DNA of 64,000 nucleotides from Alphaproteobacteria bacterium (GTDB lineage: Bacteria; Pseudomonadota; Alphaproteobacteria; UBA828), in contig CAXXVO010000007.1 in the NCBI GenBank assembly GCA_963422645.2, forward strand, positions 768,001-832,000, read 5' to 3'. Of this stretch, positions 27,942-37,549 are shown one piece after another. Numbering within the stretch: the first letter of the stretch is position 1; each line of letters begins with the position of its first letter. The notes under the pieces are model-generated. The model was not told the DNA's origin. It worked only from the letters and a program-made list of their open reading frames with translations, and did no database searches. Position numbers and translations under genes: made by a program.

Positions 27942-28511
27942 ATGGTTCCGAGGAAATTGGTGAGTGCGCTCGCCAGGGTGGGCGCGCTCGGGCTCGTCTT
28001 GATTGCGTTGGCGGGCTGTCCGCCCATGCAACAGGGCGAAGGCGGCGAAGGCGGCGGCGGCGACATGCTCATGTCGATCCTGCCGCTCATCCTGATCTTC
28101 GTGGTGTTCTACTTCCTGCTGATTCGCCCGCAGCAGAGGAAGCAGAAGGCCCACCGCGCGATGCTCCAGAACGTGAACCGGGGCGACGACATCGTGACCA
28201 CTGGCGGCTTGGTCGGGAACGTCATCAAGGTCGGCCGCGGCGACACCATACTCGTGGAGGTCGCGCCCGACGTCAGGGTCCGGGTCATGCGCAACATGCT
28301 CTCGCAGATCATGCCGCGCCATGAGCAGTACGAAGAAGAAGACGACGACGAGGACGAAGAGGACGAGCGCGAGGACGAGACCCTCGAGGAAGAAAAGGAC
28401 GAGGTCGAGGACGACGAGCGCGAGGACGACGACGACGAGTTCGAGGACCTCGACGAGGACGAGGAGGACGAAGAGGAAGAGGACGACAGGCGGGGAAGGC
28501 GCAGGCGCTGA
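27942..28511 (+). CDS. yajC: Preprotein translocase subunit YajC with N- and C-terminal extensions
   Basis: FYFLLIRPQQRK, GDDIVTTGGLVG; upstream of secD. Confidence 0.9.
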   Translation: MVPRKLVSALARVGALGLVLIALAGCPPMQQGEGGEGGGGDMLMSILPLILIFVVFYFLLIRPQQRKQKAHRAMLQNVNRGDDIVTTGGLVGNVIKVGRGDTILVEVAPDVRVRVMRNMLSQIMPRHEQYEEEDDDEDEEDEREDETLEEEKDEVEDDEREDDDDEFEDLDEDEEDEEEEDDRRGRRRR

Positions 28512-28538
28512 TCGGGCCCTTCTTTTCCCGTATAGCCG

Positions 28539-30116
28539 ATGCTCCGTACCCGTCTCTGGCAAGTCGCTGTCGTCGCGGTGATCATCGCCGCGGCGATCCT
28601 CTTTGCCGTGCCCAACCTCTTCAATCGTGCCTCGCTCGACAGCTATCCCATGTGGCTGCCGTCGAGCCAGGTCAACCTCGGCCTCGATCTCCAGGGCGGC
28701 TCGCACCTCCTGCTCGAGGTGCAGGTCGGCGACATCCTGCGCGAGCGGATCACGACACTGGTCGATGACACACGCGTGGCGCTGCGGCGCAACGGCGTCA
28801 AGTACACCGGGCTGAAGGCGGCGCGGGATCGCGTCGTCTTCCAGCTCATCGACCCCGCTCAGATCGACGTGGCCGACGAGGCGGTAGAGGACCTCGACCC
28901 CGAGGCCGAGATCGACAACGATTCCGGCGGGGCCTTCCAGATCGTGCTCACCGAGGAGGCGGTCGAGGGCCGGCGCCTCGCTGCGGTGAACCAGTCGATC
29001 GAGATCATCCGCCGCCGCATCGACGAGACCGGCGTGCGGGAGCCCACCATCCAGCGCCAGGGCGAGGACCGCATCCTCGTCCAGCTGCCCGGCGTGGACG
29101 ATCCCGAGCGCATCAAGCGCCTGCTGGGCAGGACCGCGAAGCTCACCTTCCACCTGCTCGACGAGAACGTGACTGCGGAGGACCGGCGCTCAGGCCGCGT
29201 GCCGCTGGGCTCGGTGCGGTTGCCGGGCGACGAGGTGGGCGAGGACGGCGAAGAGATCATCTACATCGTCCGCAAGCGGGTCATGGTGAGCGGCGATTCC
29301 CTGGTCGATGCGGCGACCACGCGCGACCAGACCGGGCAGTGGGCGGTGAGCTTCCGCTTCGATTCCACCGGTGCGCGCAAGTTCGGCGACGTGACCACCG
29401 AGAACGTCGGCAAGCCCTTCGCCATCGTGCTGGACGGCCAGGTCATCAGTGCGCCGGTAATCCGCGAGCCCATCGTCGGCGGCAACGGGCAGATCACCGG
29501 CAACTTCGCCGTCGAGGAAGCCAACGACCTCTCGCTCCTGCTGCGCGCCGGTGCGCTACCCGCGCCAATGAAGATTTTGGAGGAACGCACGGTCGGGCCC
29601 GATCTCGGCGCCGATTCGATCGAGGCCGGCAAGATCGCCTGCATCATCGGGCTCGCGGCGGTGATCGTGTTCATGGTGCTCTACTACGGTCTCTTCGGCC
29701 TGGTCGCGGATCTCGCGCTGATCCTCAACCTGATCATCATGCTGGGCGTGCTGTCGCTGCTGCAGGCGACCCTGACGCTGCCCGGCATCGCCGGCATCGT
29801 GCTCACCATCGGCATGGCGGTGGACGCCAACGTGCTGATCTTCGAGCGAATACGCGAAGAAGCCAAAGCGGGCCGGGCGCCCTTCTCGGCCATGGAGGCC
29901 GGCTATCGCCGCGCCTTCACCACGATCATCGACTCCAACCTGACGACGCTGATCGCCGCCATCATCCTCTTCATCATCGGCACCGGGCCGGTGAAGGGCT
30001 TCGCCGTCACGCTCGGCATCGGGATTGCCACCTCCATGTTCACCGCCATGCTGGTGAGCCGGATCATCCTGGTCGCCTGGCTGCGCCGGCGCCGGCCCGC
30101 AGCGCTGCCGCTCTAG
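28539..30116 (+). CDS. secD: Protein translocase subunit SecD
   Basis: LGLDLQGG, GMAVDANVLIFERIREE. Confidence 0.97.
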   Translation: MLRTRLWQVAVVAVIIAAAILFAVPNLFNRASLDSYPMWLPSSQVNLGLDLQGGSHLLLEVQVGDILRERITTLVDDTRVALRRNGVKYTGLKAARDRVVFQLIDPAQIDVADEAVEDLDPEAEIDNDSGGAFQIVLTEEAVEGRRLAAVNQSIEIIRRRIDETGVREPTIQRQGEDRILVQLPGVDDPERIKRLLGRTAKLTFHLLDENVTAEDRRSGRVPLGSVRLPGDEVGEDGEEIIYIVRKRVMVSGDSLVDAATTRDQTGQWAVSFRFDSTGARKFGDVTTENVGKPFAIVLDGQVISAPVIREPIVGGNGQITGNFAVEEANDLSLLLRAGALPAPMKILEERTVGPDLGADSIEAGKIACIIGLAAVIVFMVLYYGLFGLVADLALILNLIIMLGVLSLLQATLTLPGIAGIVLTIGMAVDANVLIFERIREEAKAGRAPFSAMEAGYRRAFTTIIDSNLTTLIAAIILFIIGTGPVKGFAVTLGIGIATSMFTAMLVSRIILVAWLRRRRPAALPL

Positions 30117-30125
30117 GCTCGTATC

Positions 30126-31301
30126 ATGTGGCGATTCCGACTCATCCCCGACAACACGAAGATCCCCTTCCTGCGGCTGCGCCGCACCTTCTTCGTCGTC
30201 TCCATCGTGCTAGCGGTGCTCTCGGTCGCAGTGCTCTTCGGTCGCGGGCTCAACTTCGGGATCGACTTCGCCGGCGGCATCCTGATCGAGGTGGGCACCG
30301 AGCGGGAAGCCGACATCGGGCAGATGCGGAGCGCGCTCACCGGGCTCGGCCTCGGCGAGATCGCGCTGCAGGAGTTCGGCTCGCCCACCGAGGTCCTCAT
30401 CCGCATCGAGCGCCAGCCCGGCGATGCGGGCGCCCAGCAGGTCGCCGTCACCACCGTGCGCGAGGCGTTGAGCGCGAACTACAGCGATACGCTGAGCTAC
30501 CGCCGGGTCGAGACGGTGGGGCCCAAGGTCGGCGGCGAGCTGATCCAGGCCGGCATCATCGCGGTGGTGGTCTCGGTCTTCCTGATGCTGGTCTATATCT
30601 GGTTCCGGTTCGAGCTGCCCTTCGCCATCGGCGCGGTGATCGCGCTGCTCCACGACGTGCTGCTCTCGCTCGGAATCTTTGCGGCGCTCGGGCTCGAATT
30701 CAATTTGCCCATTGTCGCCGCGATTCTGCTCATCGTCGGCTATTCGATGAACGACACCGTGGTCGTGTACGACCGCGTGCGCGAGAACCTGCGCAAGTAC
30801 AAGACGATGCCGCTTCTCGCGCTGCTCAACCAGAGCGTCAACGAGACCCTCGCCCGCACCGTTATCACCTCGATGACCACCCTGCTCGCCCTGCTCGCGC
30901 TGCTCATCTTCGGCGGCGCTGTCATCCGCGATTTCAGCTTCGCGATGATCTGGGGCGTGATCGTCGGCACCTACTCTTCGATCTTCATTGCGGGCGCGCT
31001 GCTGCTCTACGTGCAGCCGCAACGGGGCGGCCAGAAGAAAGCGGTTGGGCAGGCCGAGCGAACCGCTGCCATCGACGAGGATGTGCCGCCCGCAGGGCTT
31101 GCGTCCGAGCCCAGGGCCGCCCTGCCGGAGCCGGAAGCGCCGGTGACCAGTGTGGCCGACATCGCCCGGGCCGCCGAGGAGGCAGAGGCCGCGCTGACGG
31201 AAGAGAATGGGGACACGCCCGAGCCCGAGCCTACCGGCTCGCGCAAGCAGCGCCGTGCGAGCTCGTCACGGGAGCGCCGGCGCCGGCGCCGCAAGCGCTA
31301 A
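30126..31301 (+). CDS. secF: Protein translocase subunit SecF
   Basis: GIDFAGG, GYSMNDTVVVYDRVREN, GTYSSIF. Confidence 0.97.
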   Translation: MWRFRLIPDNTKIPFLRLRRTFFVVSIVLAVLSVAVLFGRGLNFGIDFAGGILIEVGTEREADIGQMRSALTGLGLGEIALQEFGSPTEVLIRIERQPGDAGAQQVAVTTVREALSANYSDTLSYRRVETVGPKVGGELIQAGIIAVVVSVFLMLVYIWFRFELPFAIGAVIALLHDVLLSLGIFAALGLEFNLPIVAAILLIVGYSMNDTVVVYDRVRENLRKYKTMPLLALLNQSVNETLARTVITSMTTLLALLALLIFGGAVIRDFSFAMIWGVIVGTYSSIFIAGALLLYVQPQRGGQKKAVGQAERTAAIDEDVPPAGLASEPRAALPEPEAPVTSVADIARAAEEAEAALTEENGDTPEPEPTGSRKQRRASSSRERRRRRRKR

Positions 31302-31310
31302 GAGCGCAGC

Positions 31311-31694
31311 GTGGATATCACGCCGCTCGTCCCCGAAGGCCGGCAGATCATCGAGAGCTACGGCGACGACGGCTTCAGCATTAGCGGCGAGCGTTATCCG
31401 GGCTCGGTCATCGTCTGGCCCGAAGGCGTGGCGGACTGGGCGGTATCGGGCATCGGGGCCGCCGCGATCGAGACCCTCGATGCGATGTTCGCCGCCGAGC
31501 CCCCGATCGAGATATTGTTGATCGGCAGCGGCGCCACCTTCGAAATGGCACCGGCGGCGTTGCGCTCGGCACTCGGCGCACGCAGGGTCTCCATCGAGAG
31601 CATGGACACCGGCGCCGCCTGCCGCACCTACAACGTGCTGATGGCCGAGGATCGCCGGGTCGCCGCAGCGCTCATCCCGGCGCGGGAGGGCTGA
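31311..31694 (+). CDS. Mth938-like (NDUFAF3) protein
   Basis: MDTGAACRTYNVLMAEDRRVAAAL. Confidence 0.92.
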   Translation: MDITPLVPEGRQIIESYGDDGFSISGERYPGSVIVWPEGVADWAVSGIGAAAIETLDAMFAAEPPIEILLIGSGATFEMAPAALRSALGARRVSIESMDTGAACRTYNVLMAEDRRVAAALIPAREG

Positions 31695-31715
31695 CCCTCC
31701 CAACCCCTTCGGGGG

Positions 31716-32300
31716 TCAGCTCAGCGGGATGTCGCTGTCCCCCTTCGACGCCTGATACACGGACGACAGCTCGTCGTAGAGCGCGTGCAGGCCGCGAATC
31801 CTCTGCTGCAGGCCTTGCTCGCCACCGACGAGATCGTCGACGGACCGGCTGCGCCAGAACGCGTTCTCGCGGGCGTAATCCCCGTTCTCGATGCGGAAGA
31901 CCTCGCTCAGAATCCGCAAGTCATGGGGAATGTTGAAGGCGTCCCGGGTGTCCACGTAGCCGAAGAGGTAGTGGAAGTTGTCGAACCCGGCCCAGGTGAT
32001 GGCAGACAGGCAGAGCGAGCAGGGCTCGTGGGTGGAGAGGAACAGGCACTCTTCGGGTGCAGGGCGCGCCTCGCCGGGCAGCGCGAAGAACGCGTTGAGC
32101 GTGGAGATCTCTCCGTGGAAGAGCGGGTTCTCGGTCTCGCGGTTGGTTGCGGCGATGACCAGCGAGAGGTCCGGCTTGCGGAGGATCGCCCCGCCGAAGA
32201 CCTTGTCGCCGCGCTCCACGCCCGCCCGCGTCAGCGGAACGATGTCGTGCTCGATCACATCCAGGAAGCGGGTGGCGAGCGCCTGATCCGAATGGGTCAT
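31716..32300 (-). CDS. Nucleoside/nucleobase deaminase (CDA fold)
   Basis: HGE...EPCSLC zinc motif. Confidence 0.88.
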   Translation of the reverse strand: MTHSDQALATRFLDVIEHDIVPLTRAGVERGDKVFGGAILRKPDLSLVIAATNRETENPLFHGEISTLNAFFALPGEARPAPEECLFLSTHEPCSLCLSAITWAGFDNFHYLFGYVDTRDAFNIPHDLRILSEVFRIENGDYARENAFWRSRSVDDLVGGEQGLQQRIRGLHALYDELSSVYQASKGDSDIPLS

Positions 32301-33319
32301 GGCCCCACCTCCGACGCCGCGTAGCCCTCCAGTCGGCTGAGCAGGGCACGCTGCTCCTCCGCCGGCAGCCAGCTCGCCTCGAAGGCGTTGGCGGCGAGCC
32401 GGACGACCTGATCCCGGCTCAGATCGGCCTCCTCCTGGGTCGCAACCAGGTTCTCCTGCACGTACCCCAGGAAATACGCGGGATCGTCGGAGTTGACGGT
32501 TGCCCTCATGCCCTTCTCCAGCATGCGCCGGATCTCCAGCGCCTTGAGGCTGCCGGTGATGCACTTGTTGGAGATCGGGCAGACCGTGAGCGCCAGGCCC
32601 CTGCGCATTATCTCGTCGCAGAGCGCCTCGTCCTCGAGCGAATTGACGCCGTGGTCGATTCTGTCGACCCCGATGTCCTCGATGGTCTGCCAGATGTGCC
32701 GGGTCGAGTTCTCCTGGTCCACGTCGCAGTGCATGGTCAGCCGGTAGCCCTCGGCGCGCGCCCGGTCGAACACCGCCTTGAACTTGATCGGCGGATTGCC
32801 CTTCTCGTCGGAGTCCAGGCCGACGCCGATGATCCAGTCCCTGTAGGGCAGGGACTCTTCCAGCGTCGCCATCGCGGACTCGGCGCTCATATCCCGCAGG
32901 AAGCACATGATGAGCTGGGTGCGGATGCCGAGCGTGTCCTGCGCGTCCACCTGCGCCCGGCGAATCCCCTGAATCACGGTGTCGTAGTCGATGCCGCGCA
33001 CGGCGTGCGCCTGGGGGTCGAAGAATATCTCCGCGTAGACCACGTTCTGGGCGTGCGCCTTGGCCAGGTAGGCGGCGGTTAGATCGCAAAAATCCTGCTC
33101 GGTCACCAGGACGCTCATGCCCTCGTAGTACATCTTGAGGAACGAGGGCAGATCGTCGAAATCGTAGGCCGCCCGCATCTCGTCGACCGATCGGTAAGGC
33201 AGCTCGACGGCATTGCGCCGGGCAAGCTCGAACTTCATCTCCGGCTCCAGCGTTCCCTCCACGTGAACGTGCAGCTCGGCCTTCGGCATGCCCTCGATGA
33301 AGCGTCTCATGTCCGTCAT
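32297..33319 (-). CDS. add: Adenosine/adenine deaminase
   Basis: PKAELHVHVEG, RIDHG, NSDDPAYF. Confidence 0.9.
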   Translation of the reverse strand: MTDMRRFIEGMPKAELHVHVEGTLEPEMKFELARRNAVELPYRSVDEMRAAYDFDDLPSFLKMYYEGMSVLVTEQDFCDLTAAYLAKAHAQNVVYAEIFFDPQAHAVRGIDYDTVIQGIRRAQVDAQDTLGIRTQLIMCFLRDMSAESAMATLEESLPYRDWIIGVGLDSDEKGNPPIKFKAVFDRARAEGYRLTMHCDVDQENSTRHIWQTIEDIGVDRIDHGVNSLEDEALCDEIMRRGLALTVCPISNKCITGSLKALEIRRMLEKGMRATVNSDDPAYFLGYVQENLVATQEEADLSRDQVVRLAANAFEASWLPAEEQRALLSRLEGYAASEVGP

Positions 33320-33517
33320 GACTTCAAGCCTGTAGTTTGGCGTCGACTGGTCGGCCCCTCGGATACATGAGAATTCAAGAGGCTGCCACACTCTTCGGCC
33401 TCCAGCCAGCACCACCGAGCAGCGAACGGAAGCACAAGTTGCCGGCGACAATTGCAACCGCCCGCACACGCACTATGCTAGGTACTCGCGAATCGTGATT
33501 GCAGGGGGGCACCAGAC

Positions 33518-33610
33518 ATGACCAACCCGCTGACTTCTCTTTCCAAAACAGTGATCATGGGAGTCGCTCTCACCGTGATCATGGTCGCTATTCTCGCGGC
33601 TATCAGCTGA
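33518..33610 (+). CDS. 30-aa single-TM small protein
   Basis: MTNPLTSLSKTVIMGVALTVIMVAILAAIS; G-rich RBS; 16 nt upstream of the next gene. Confidence 0.55.
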   Translation: MTNPLTSLSKTVIMGVALTVIMVAILAAIS

Positions 33611-33626
33611 CCAGAAGGGTAGGGAG

Positions 33627-34166
33627 ATGGACATGGACATTCCATTCGTAGACTACTACTGGTGGGCGTTCTTCTTCCGCTGGACCCATGTCCTCGCGGG
33701 CGTGATGTGGATCGGGCTGCTCTGGTATTTCAACTTCGTCCAGATCCCGAACATGCCGAAGATCCCGGACGAGCAGAAGCCCGCGATCGGCAAGGTGATC
33801 GCGCCGGCGGCGCTCTTCTGGTTCCGCTGGGCGGCGCTCGCCACGATCGCGACCGGCATCGTGCTCGCGCTGATGAACGAGTATTTCTCGGATGCCATCA
33901 CCCTCGGCATCCTCGGCGCGGCTACCGACGGGCACGTGCTGAGACACACCGCGATCGGCATCGGCATGTGGCTCGGCATCATCATGATGCTGAATGTCTG
34001 GTTCATCATCTGGCCGAACCAGAAACGGGCCCTCGGCATGGTGGAGGTCGAGGCAGGTCGCAAGGCGCGATCCGCGCGCTACGCCATGCTGGCGTCGCGC
34101 ACCAACACGATGCTCTCGATCCCGATGCTCTACTCCATGGTCTCGGCGCAGCAGGGCATCTACTGA
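33627..34166 (+). CDS. Urate hydroxylase PuuD-like membrane protein
   Basis: RWTHVLAGVMWIGLLWYFNFVQ, NVWFIIWPNQK, SRTNTMLSIPM. Confidence 0.8.
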   Translation: MDMDIPFVDYYWWAFFFRWTHVLAGVMWIGLLWYFNFVQIPNMPKIPDEQKPAIGKVIAPAALFWFRWAALATIATGIVLALMNEYFSDAITLGILGAATDGHVLRHTAIGIGMWLGIIMMLNVWFIIWPNQKRALGMVEVEAGRKARSARYAMLASRTNTMLSIPMLYSMVSAQQGIY

Positions 34167-34233
34167 CGCGATAGCGCACAGGCACCCGCCCGGCCGCCGA
34201 ATCCTCCGGCTCCGGGCGGGGCCCTTCCTCAGA

Positions 34234-35508
34234 TCAGTCGGCGGCGAGCGCGCGCAGCGCGTGCTGCGCCGCGGTAACGCCGGAGCGCACCGCCCCCTCG
34301 ATGGTGGCGGGCAGCCCGGTTGCGGTCCAGTCGCCGGCGAGGAAGAGGTTGCGAAAGCGGGTCTCGGCCGGCGGACGCAGCGGCAGCGCAGCAGGGATCT
34401 GGGCGAAGGTCGCGCGCTTCTCTTTCAAGATGCGCACCGCAGGCATGGCGGGCGGCTGATAGTCGAGTGCCCGCGAGACGTCGGCCCAGAGCAGTTCCGC
34501 GATCTCCGTCGCCGGACGCTCCGCCAGCGCGCCCGCCGCGCTCACGGTGACAGACGCGATATCGCCGCGGGCGAAGATCCATTGCGCCGTGCCGCCCACC
34601 ACGCCGAGGATGGCGCCGCCGCCCGGCATCGGCACCGGCCGGTCGAGGCGGAAGTGGGCGTTGACGATGGGCCGGGTCTCCAGCGGCGCCGGAATCCCGG
34701 GCAGGAGCTGCGTGCAGACCTGCGGCGTCACCGCGAGCACGGCGACATCGCCCGGCGCGAACTTCGCCGCGTCGTCGCCATCGCCGGCGAAAGCGAGGGC
34801 CGTCACCGCGCGCCCGTCGTGCTCGATGGCGCGCAGCCGGCGGTTGTAGAGGAGCCGGCCGCCGCCGCGCTCCACATAGCGCACGCCCGGCTCTACCAGA
34901 TCGGGGCCGAGCCCTTCGCGGGTGAGATAGGCGCGGCAAGCCGCCTCGCCCTGACCGAAGGTGAGGCGCACGACCGGCCAGAGCAGGCGCGCGGACGCCT
35001 CTTCCACCGAGGCGTTGAGCACGGCCACGATCAGCGGCTCCCAGAGCCGCTCCAGCAGCAGCCCGGTGCCGCGCAGCCGCTCTGCGGCGGTGTCGGCGTC
35101 CTGCGCGCGGGCGAGGGCGAGGCCGGCCAGATAGTGGCGCACGCGGCTGCCCGGCACGCGGCGCCCCGGCGCCATGATCCACCAGGGCAACGGCCCCGCA
35201 TTGGGGCGCAGGGTCCAGCGCTCGCCGGTCCGCAGGTCGACGAAGGGGAAGGCCGCACGCTCCTGGCCGACCAGCCCGTCGCGCGCGCCGATGGTCTCCA
35301 GATAGCCGAACACGGCGGGATTGGCGCCCAGGATCAGGTGGTTGCCATTGTCGATGGTCCGGTCCAGGTTGGCGTCGTGAAACGAGCGGCAGCGGCCGCC
35401 TGCGTGCGCCGCCGCTTCCCAAAGGACGACGCGCTGCCTCGCCTTCACCAGCTCCACGGCGCAGGAAAGCCCCGCCATGCCGGCGCCGATCACGTGAACG
35501 GTCGCCAT
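34234..35508 (-). CDS. hpnE: Hydroxysqualene dehydroxylase HpnE
   Basis: GAGMAG, GGRCRSFHD..IDNGNHL, EKRATF, AGDWTATGLPATIEGAVRSG. Confidence 0.88.
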   Translation of the reverse strand: MATVHVIGAGMAGLSCAVELVKARQRVVLWEAAAHAGGRCRSFHDANLDRTIDNGNHLILGANPAVFGYLETIGARDGLVGQERAAFPFVDLRTGERWTLRPNAGPLPWWIMAPGRRVPGSRVRHYLAGLALARAQDADTAAERLRGTGLLLERLWEPLIVAVLNASVEEASARLLWPVVRLTFGQGEAACRAYLTREGLGPDLVEPGVRYVERGGGRLLYNRRLRAIEHDGRAVTALAFAGDGDDAAKFAPGDVAVLAVTPQVCTQLLPGIPAPLETRPIVNAHFRLDRPVPMPGGGAILGVVGGTAQWIFARGDIASVTVSAAGALAERPATEIAELLWADVSRALDYQPPAMPAVRILKEKRATFAQIPAALPLRPPAETRFRNLFLAGDWTATGLPATIEGAVRSGVTAAQHALRALAAD

Positions 35509-35592
35509 GCTCCCTCTCATCCCTCCGGCGCGTCCATGTATAGGGGAGGGAAGGCGCCTGGCAAACGCAGGGTGGGCCGGGGAGGCGCCTGA

Positions 35593-36438
35593 GTGACGCC
35601 CGCGCTCTCATCCGTCGGCGCGCTGGCGCGGGTGGCCGACTACGACCGCTACCTCTCCGCCGTGTTCGCGCCGGCCCCCCGCCGCGAGGCGCTATTCGCA
35701 CTGATCGCCTTCAACCACGAGATCGCGCGAATTCCCGAGGCGGTGAGCGAGCCGATGCTGGGCCGCATCCGGCTGCAATGGTGGCGCGAGGTCCTCGATG
35801 CGGTCTATGCCGGTGAGCCCGCCCGGCGCCACGAGGTGGCGCTGCCGTTGGCCGACTCGATCCGTGTGTGCGGGCTCGACCGCGCCCCCTTCGACGCGCT
35901 GCTGGAGGCGCGGGAGGACGATCTGGGGTCGGAAGGACCGGCCGATCTTGCGGCGCTGGAGCGCTATGCCGCCGCCACCGGCGGGAGCCTTGCGGAACTC
36001 ATGGTGCGGGCTGCCGGCGCCGACCCTGGCCCGGCGCTGGAGGCGGGGCGGCAGGTCGGCACCGCCTGGGCCTTGGTCGGCACGCTTCGGGCGGCGCCCC
36101 GAACTGCGGCGCAGGGCCGGGTCACGCTCCCGGCCGACCTGCTCTCCAAGGCCGGGATCGCCGCCGAGGATCTGGGGGCGGGCCGGGGGTTCGAGCGTTT
36201 CGCCGCCCTTGCCGAGCCGGTGGCGGACCGCGCCGCCGAATTGCTGGCCACGGCGCGGCAGGCCCGGCGCGCGGTGCCCCGGCAGTGCCTGGGCGTGCTG
36301 CTGATTGCCCGCCTCGCCGATCTCTACCTGGCGCAATTGCGGCGCGCCGCCTGGGACCCGCGCAACCCGCGCGTGGCCTGCGGCCCGCTCCGCAAGCAGG
36401 CGGTGATGCTGAGGGGCGCGGTGTTCGGACGCTACTGA
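35593..36438 (+). CDS. Squalene/phytoene synthase-fold protein (NDUFAF6-like)
   Basis: DYDRY, AFNHEIARI..VSEPMLGRIRLQWW. Confidence 0.85.
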   Translation: MTPALSSVGALARVADYDRYLSAVFAPAPRREALFALIAFNHEIARIPEAVSEPMLGRIRLQWWREVLDAVYAGEPARRHEVALPLADSIRVCGLDRAPFDALLEAREDDLGSEGPADLAALERYAAATGGSLAELMVRAAGADPGPALEAGRQVGTAWALVGTLRAAPRTAAQGRVTLPADLLSKAGIAAEDLGAGRGFERFAALAEPVADRAAELLATARQARRAVPRQCLGVLLIARLADLYLAQLRRAAWDPRNPRVACGPLRKQAVMLRGAVFGRY

Positions 36439-36662
36439 CCCTCACGCGGCGAGGGAAGGGGCCGGTCACCCGGTCCACCCCGGATCAGGGTGTAGCCGGA
36501 CGAAAGTCTTTGCGAATCGCGGCCGGAAGTCTTTGCGAATGGCCTGGAAAATCGTCTGGTTTTCGGGGCTGAATCGGGCTGGAAAAACCGGCCTGTGCAT
36601 GGGCCGTGAAGGAGCGCTGCGCGGGGGGTTCAGGGCCCGTGCACGGGCGGTGCGTGAGGGTT

Positions 36663-37544
36663 TCAGGCGCGGTCGGGACCGGGGCGGGCGCCGGGGCGGC
36701 ACGGGCGTTCGAGTTCGGCCTTCCACCATTCGGGGTCTTCGACGGCGCGTTCTGCGGCGTCGTATCCGTCGTGACCGGTCCATCTTCCGGGGTCGGCGTC
36801 GGCGTACCATCGGCCTGCGCCGCGGTGTCGTTCGAGGGCGTCGTCGATGCGGGCGACCTGGTCCGCCGGGCGTCCCCGGCAGAAGCGCTCGAAGAAGGCG
36901 TTGAGGCGGCATCTGGGGCAGCGTCCGCAGGGCTCTGCCGCGGCGGTGCACCGGTAGGTGAGCGCCTCCAGCCCGGGCGGGAGCAGGGCCTGGAGCATGA
37001 AGCGCCCGGCGACGGGTCCGAAGGGGTCGTCCCGCGACGGCGGCCACTGCGCGCCGTCCTCCCAGCCGGGGAAGAAGGGGAGTTCCATGGGGACGGCGGT
37101 GCGCGCGCGGTAGACGGGATACCAGTACATGCGGTGCATGTCGTCGGCGGTGCCCCACGAGGTGATGCCGAGCATCACCCGGTCGGCGCGGTGGCGCTCG
37201 GCCTCGTCGGCGTGGGTTGCGTACCGGTCGAGGCCCCAGGGGCCGAATGTGGGGTCGCAGACGCCCTCCCACCCTCTCCCGTCCCTGATCGGGTATTCGG
37301 CGCCGGCGTCGAGGTCGAGGCGCAGGGCGTCGCGGCTGACGTGGCGCACGGGCCGGACGTTGCGGGAGAGCCAGTCTGCGACGGCCTCGCTTGCGGCCTG
37401 CTCGCGGGCGATGCGCTCCGGCAGCTCGCGGGCCGGTTCGCGGTAGTAGGAGAGGACGACCTCGTCTTCGGTCTCGCGCAGGACGAGGAGGGCGAGGGCG
37501 GTGCTGTCGATGCCGCCGCCTGCGGGGACGAGGGTGCGGCGCAT
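36663..37544 (-). CDS. QueC-like PP-loop ATPase
   Basis: N-terminal AGGGIDST; C-terminal LTYRC....PCGRCPRC zinc cluster. Confidence 0.6.
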   Translation of the reverse strand: MRRTLVPAGGGIDSTALALLVLRETEDEVVLSYYREPARELPERIAREQAASEAVADWLSRNVRPVRHVSRDALRLDLDAGAEYPIRDGRGWEGVCDPTFGPWGLDRYATHADEAERHRADRVMLGITSWGTADDMHRMYWYPVYRARTAVPMELPFFPGWEDGAQWPPSRDDPFGPVAGRFMLQALLPPGLEALTYRCTAAAEPCGRCPRCRLNAFFERFCRGRPADQVARIDDALERHRGAGRWYADADPGRWTGHDGYDAAERAVEDPEWWKAELERPCRPGARPGPDRA

Positions 37545-37549
37545 CGCGA

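Noticed and set aside
26901-28511. 536-aa ORF
   Set aside because: Antisense shadow of the dioxygenase running in frame into yajC
31716-33089. 457-aa deaminase fusion
   Set aside because: Upstream part is an alternative frame of add; the real start is ATG 32300
35593-36438. hpnC/hpnD call because hpnE is adjacent
   Set aside because: Lacks clear DDxxD motifs; fits the NDUFAF6-like family normally found near secF and trmFO
36491-36545. CRISPR-like repeats
   Set aside because: Only two copies with no spacer array; explained as transposase-binding end sites. No array or cas genes seen in the window
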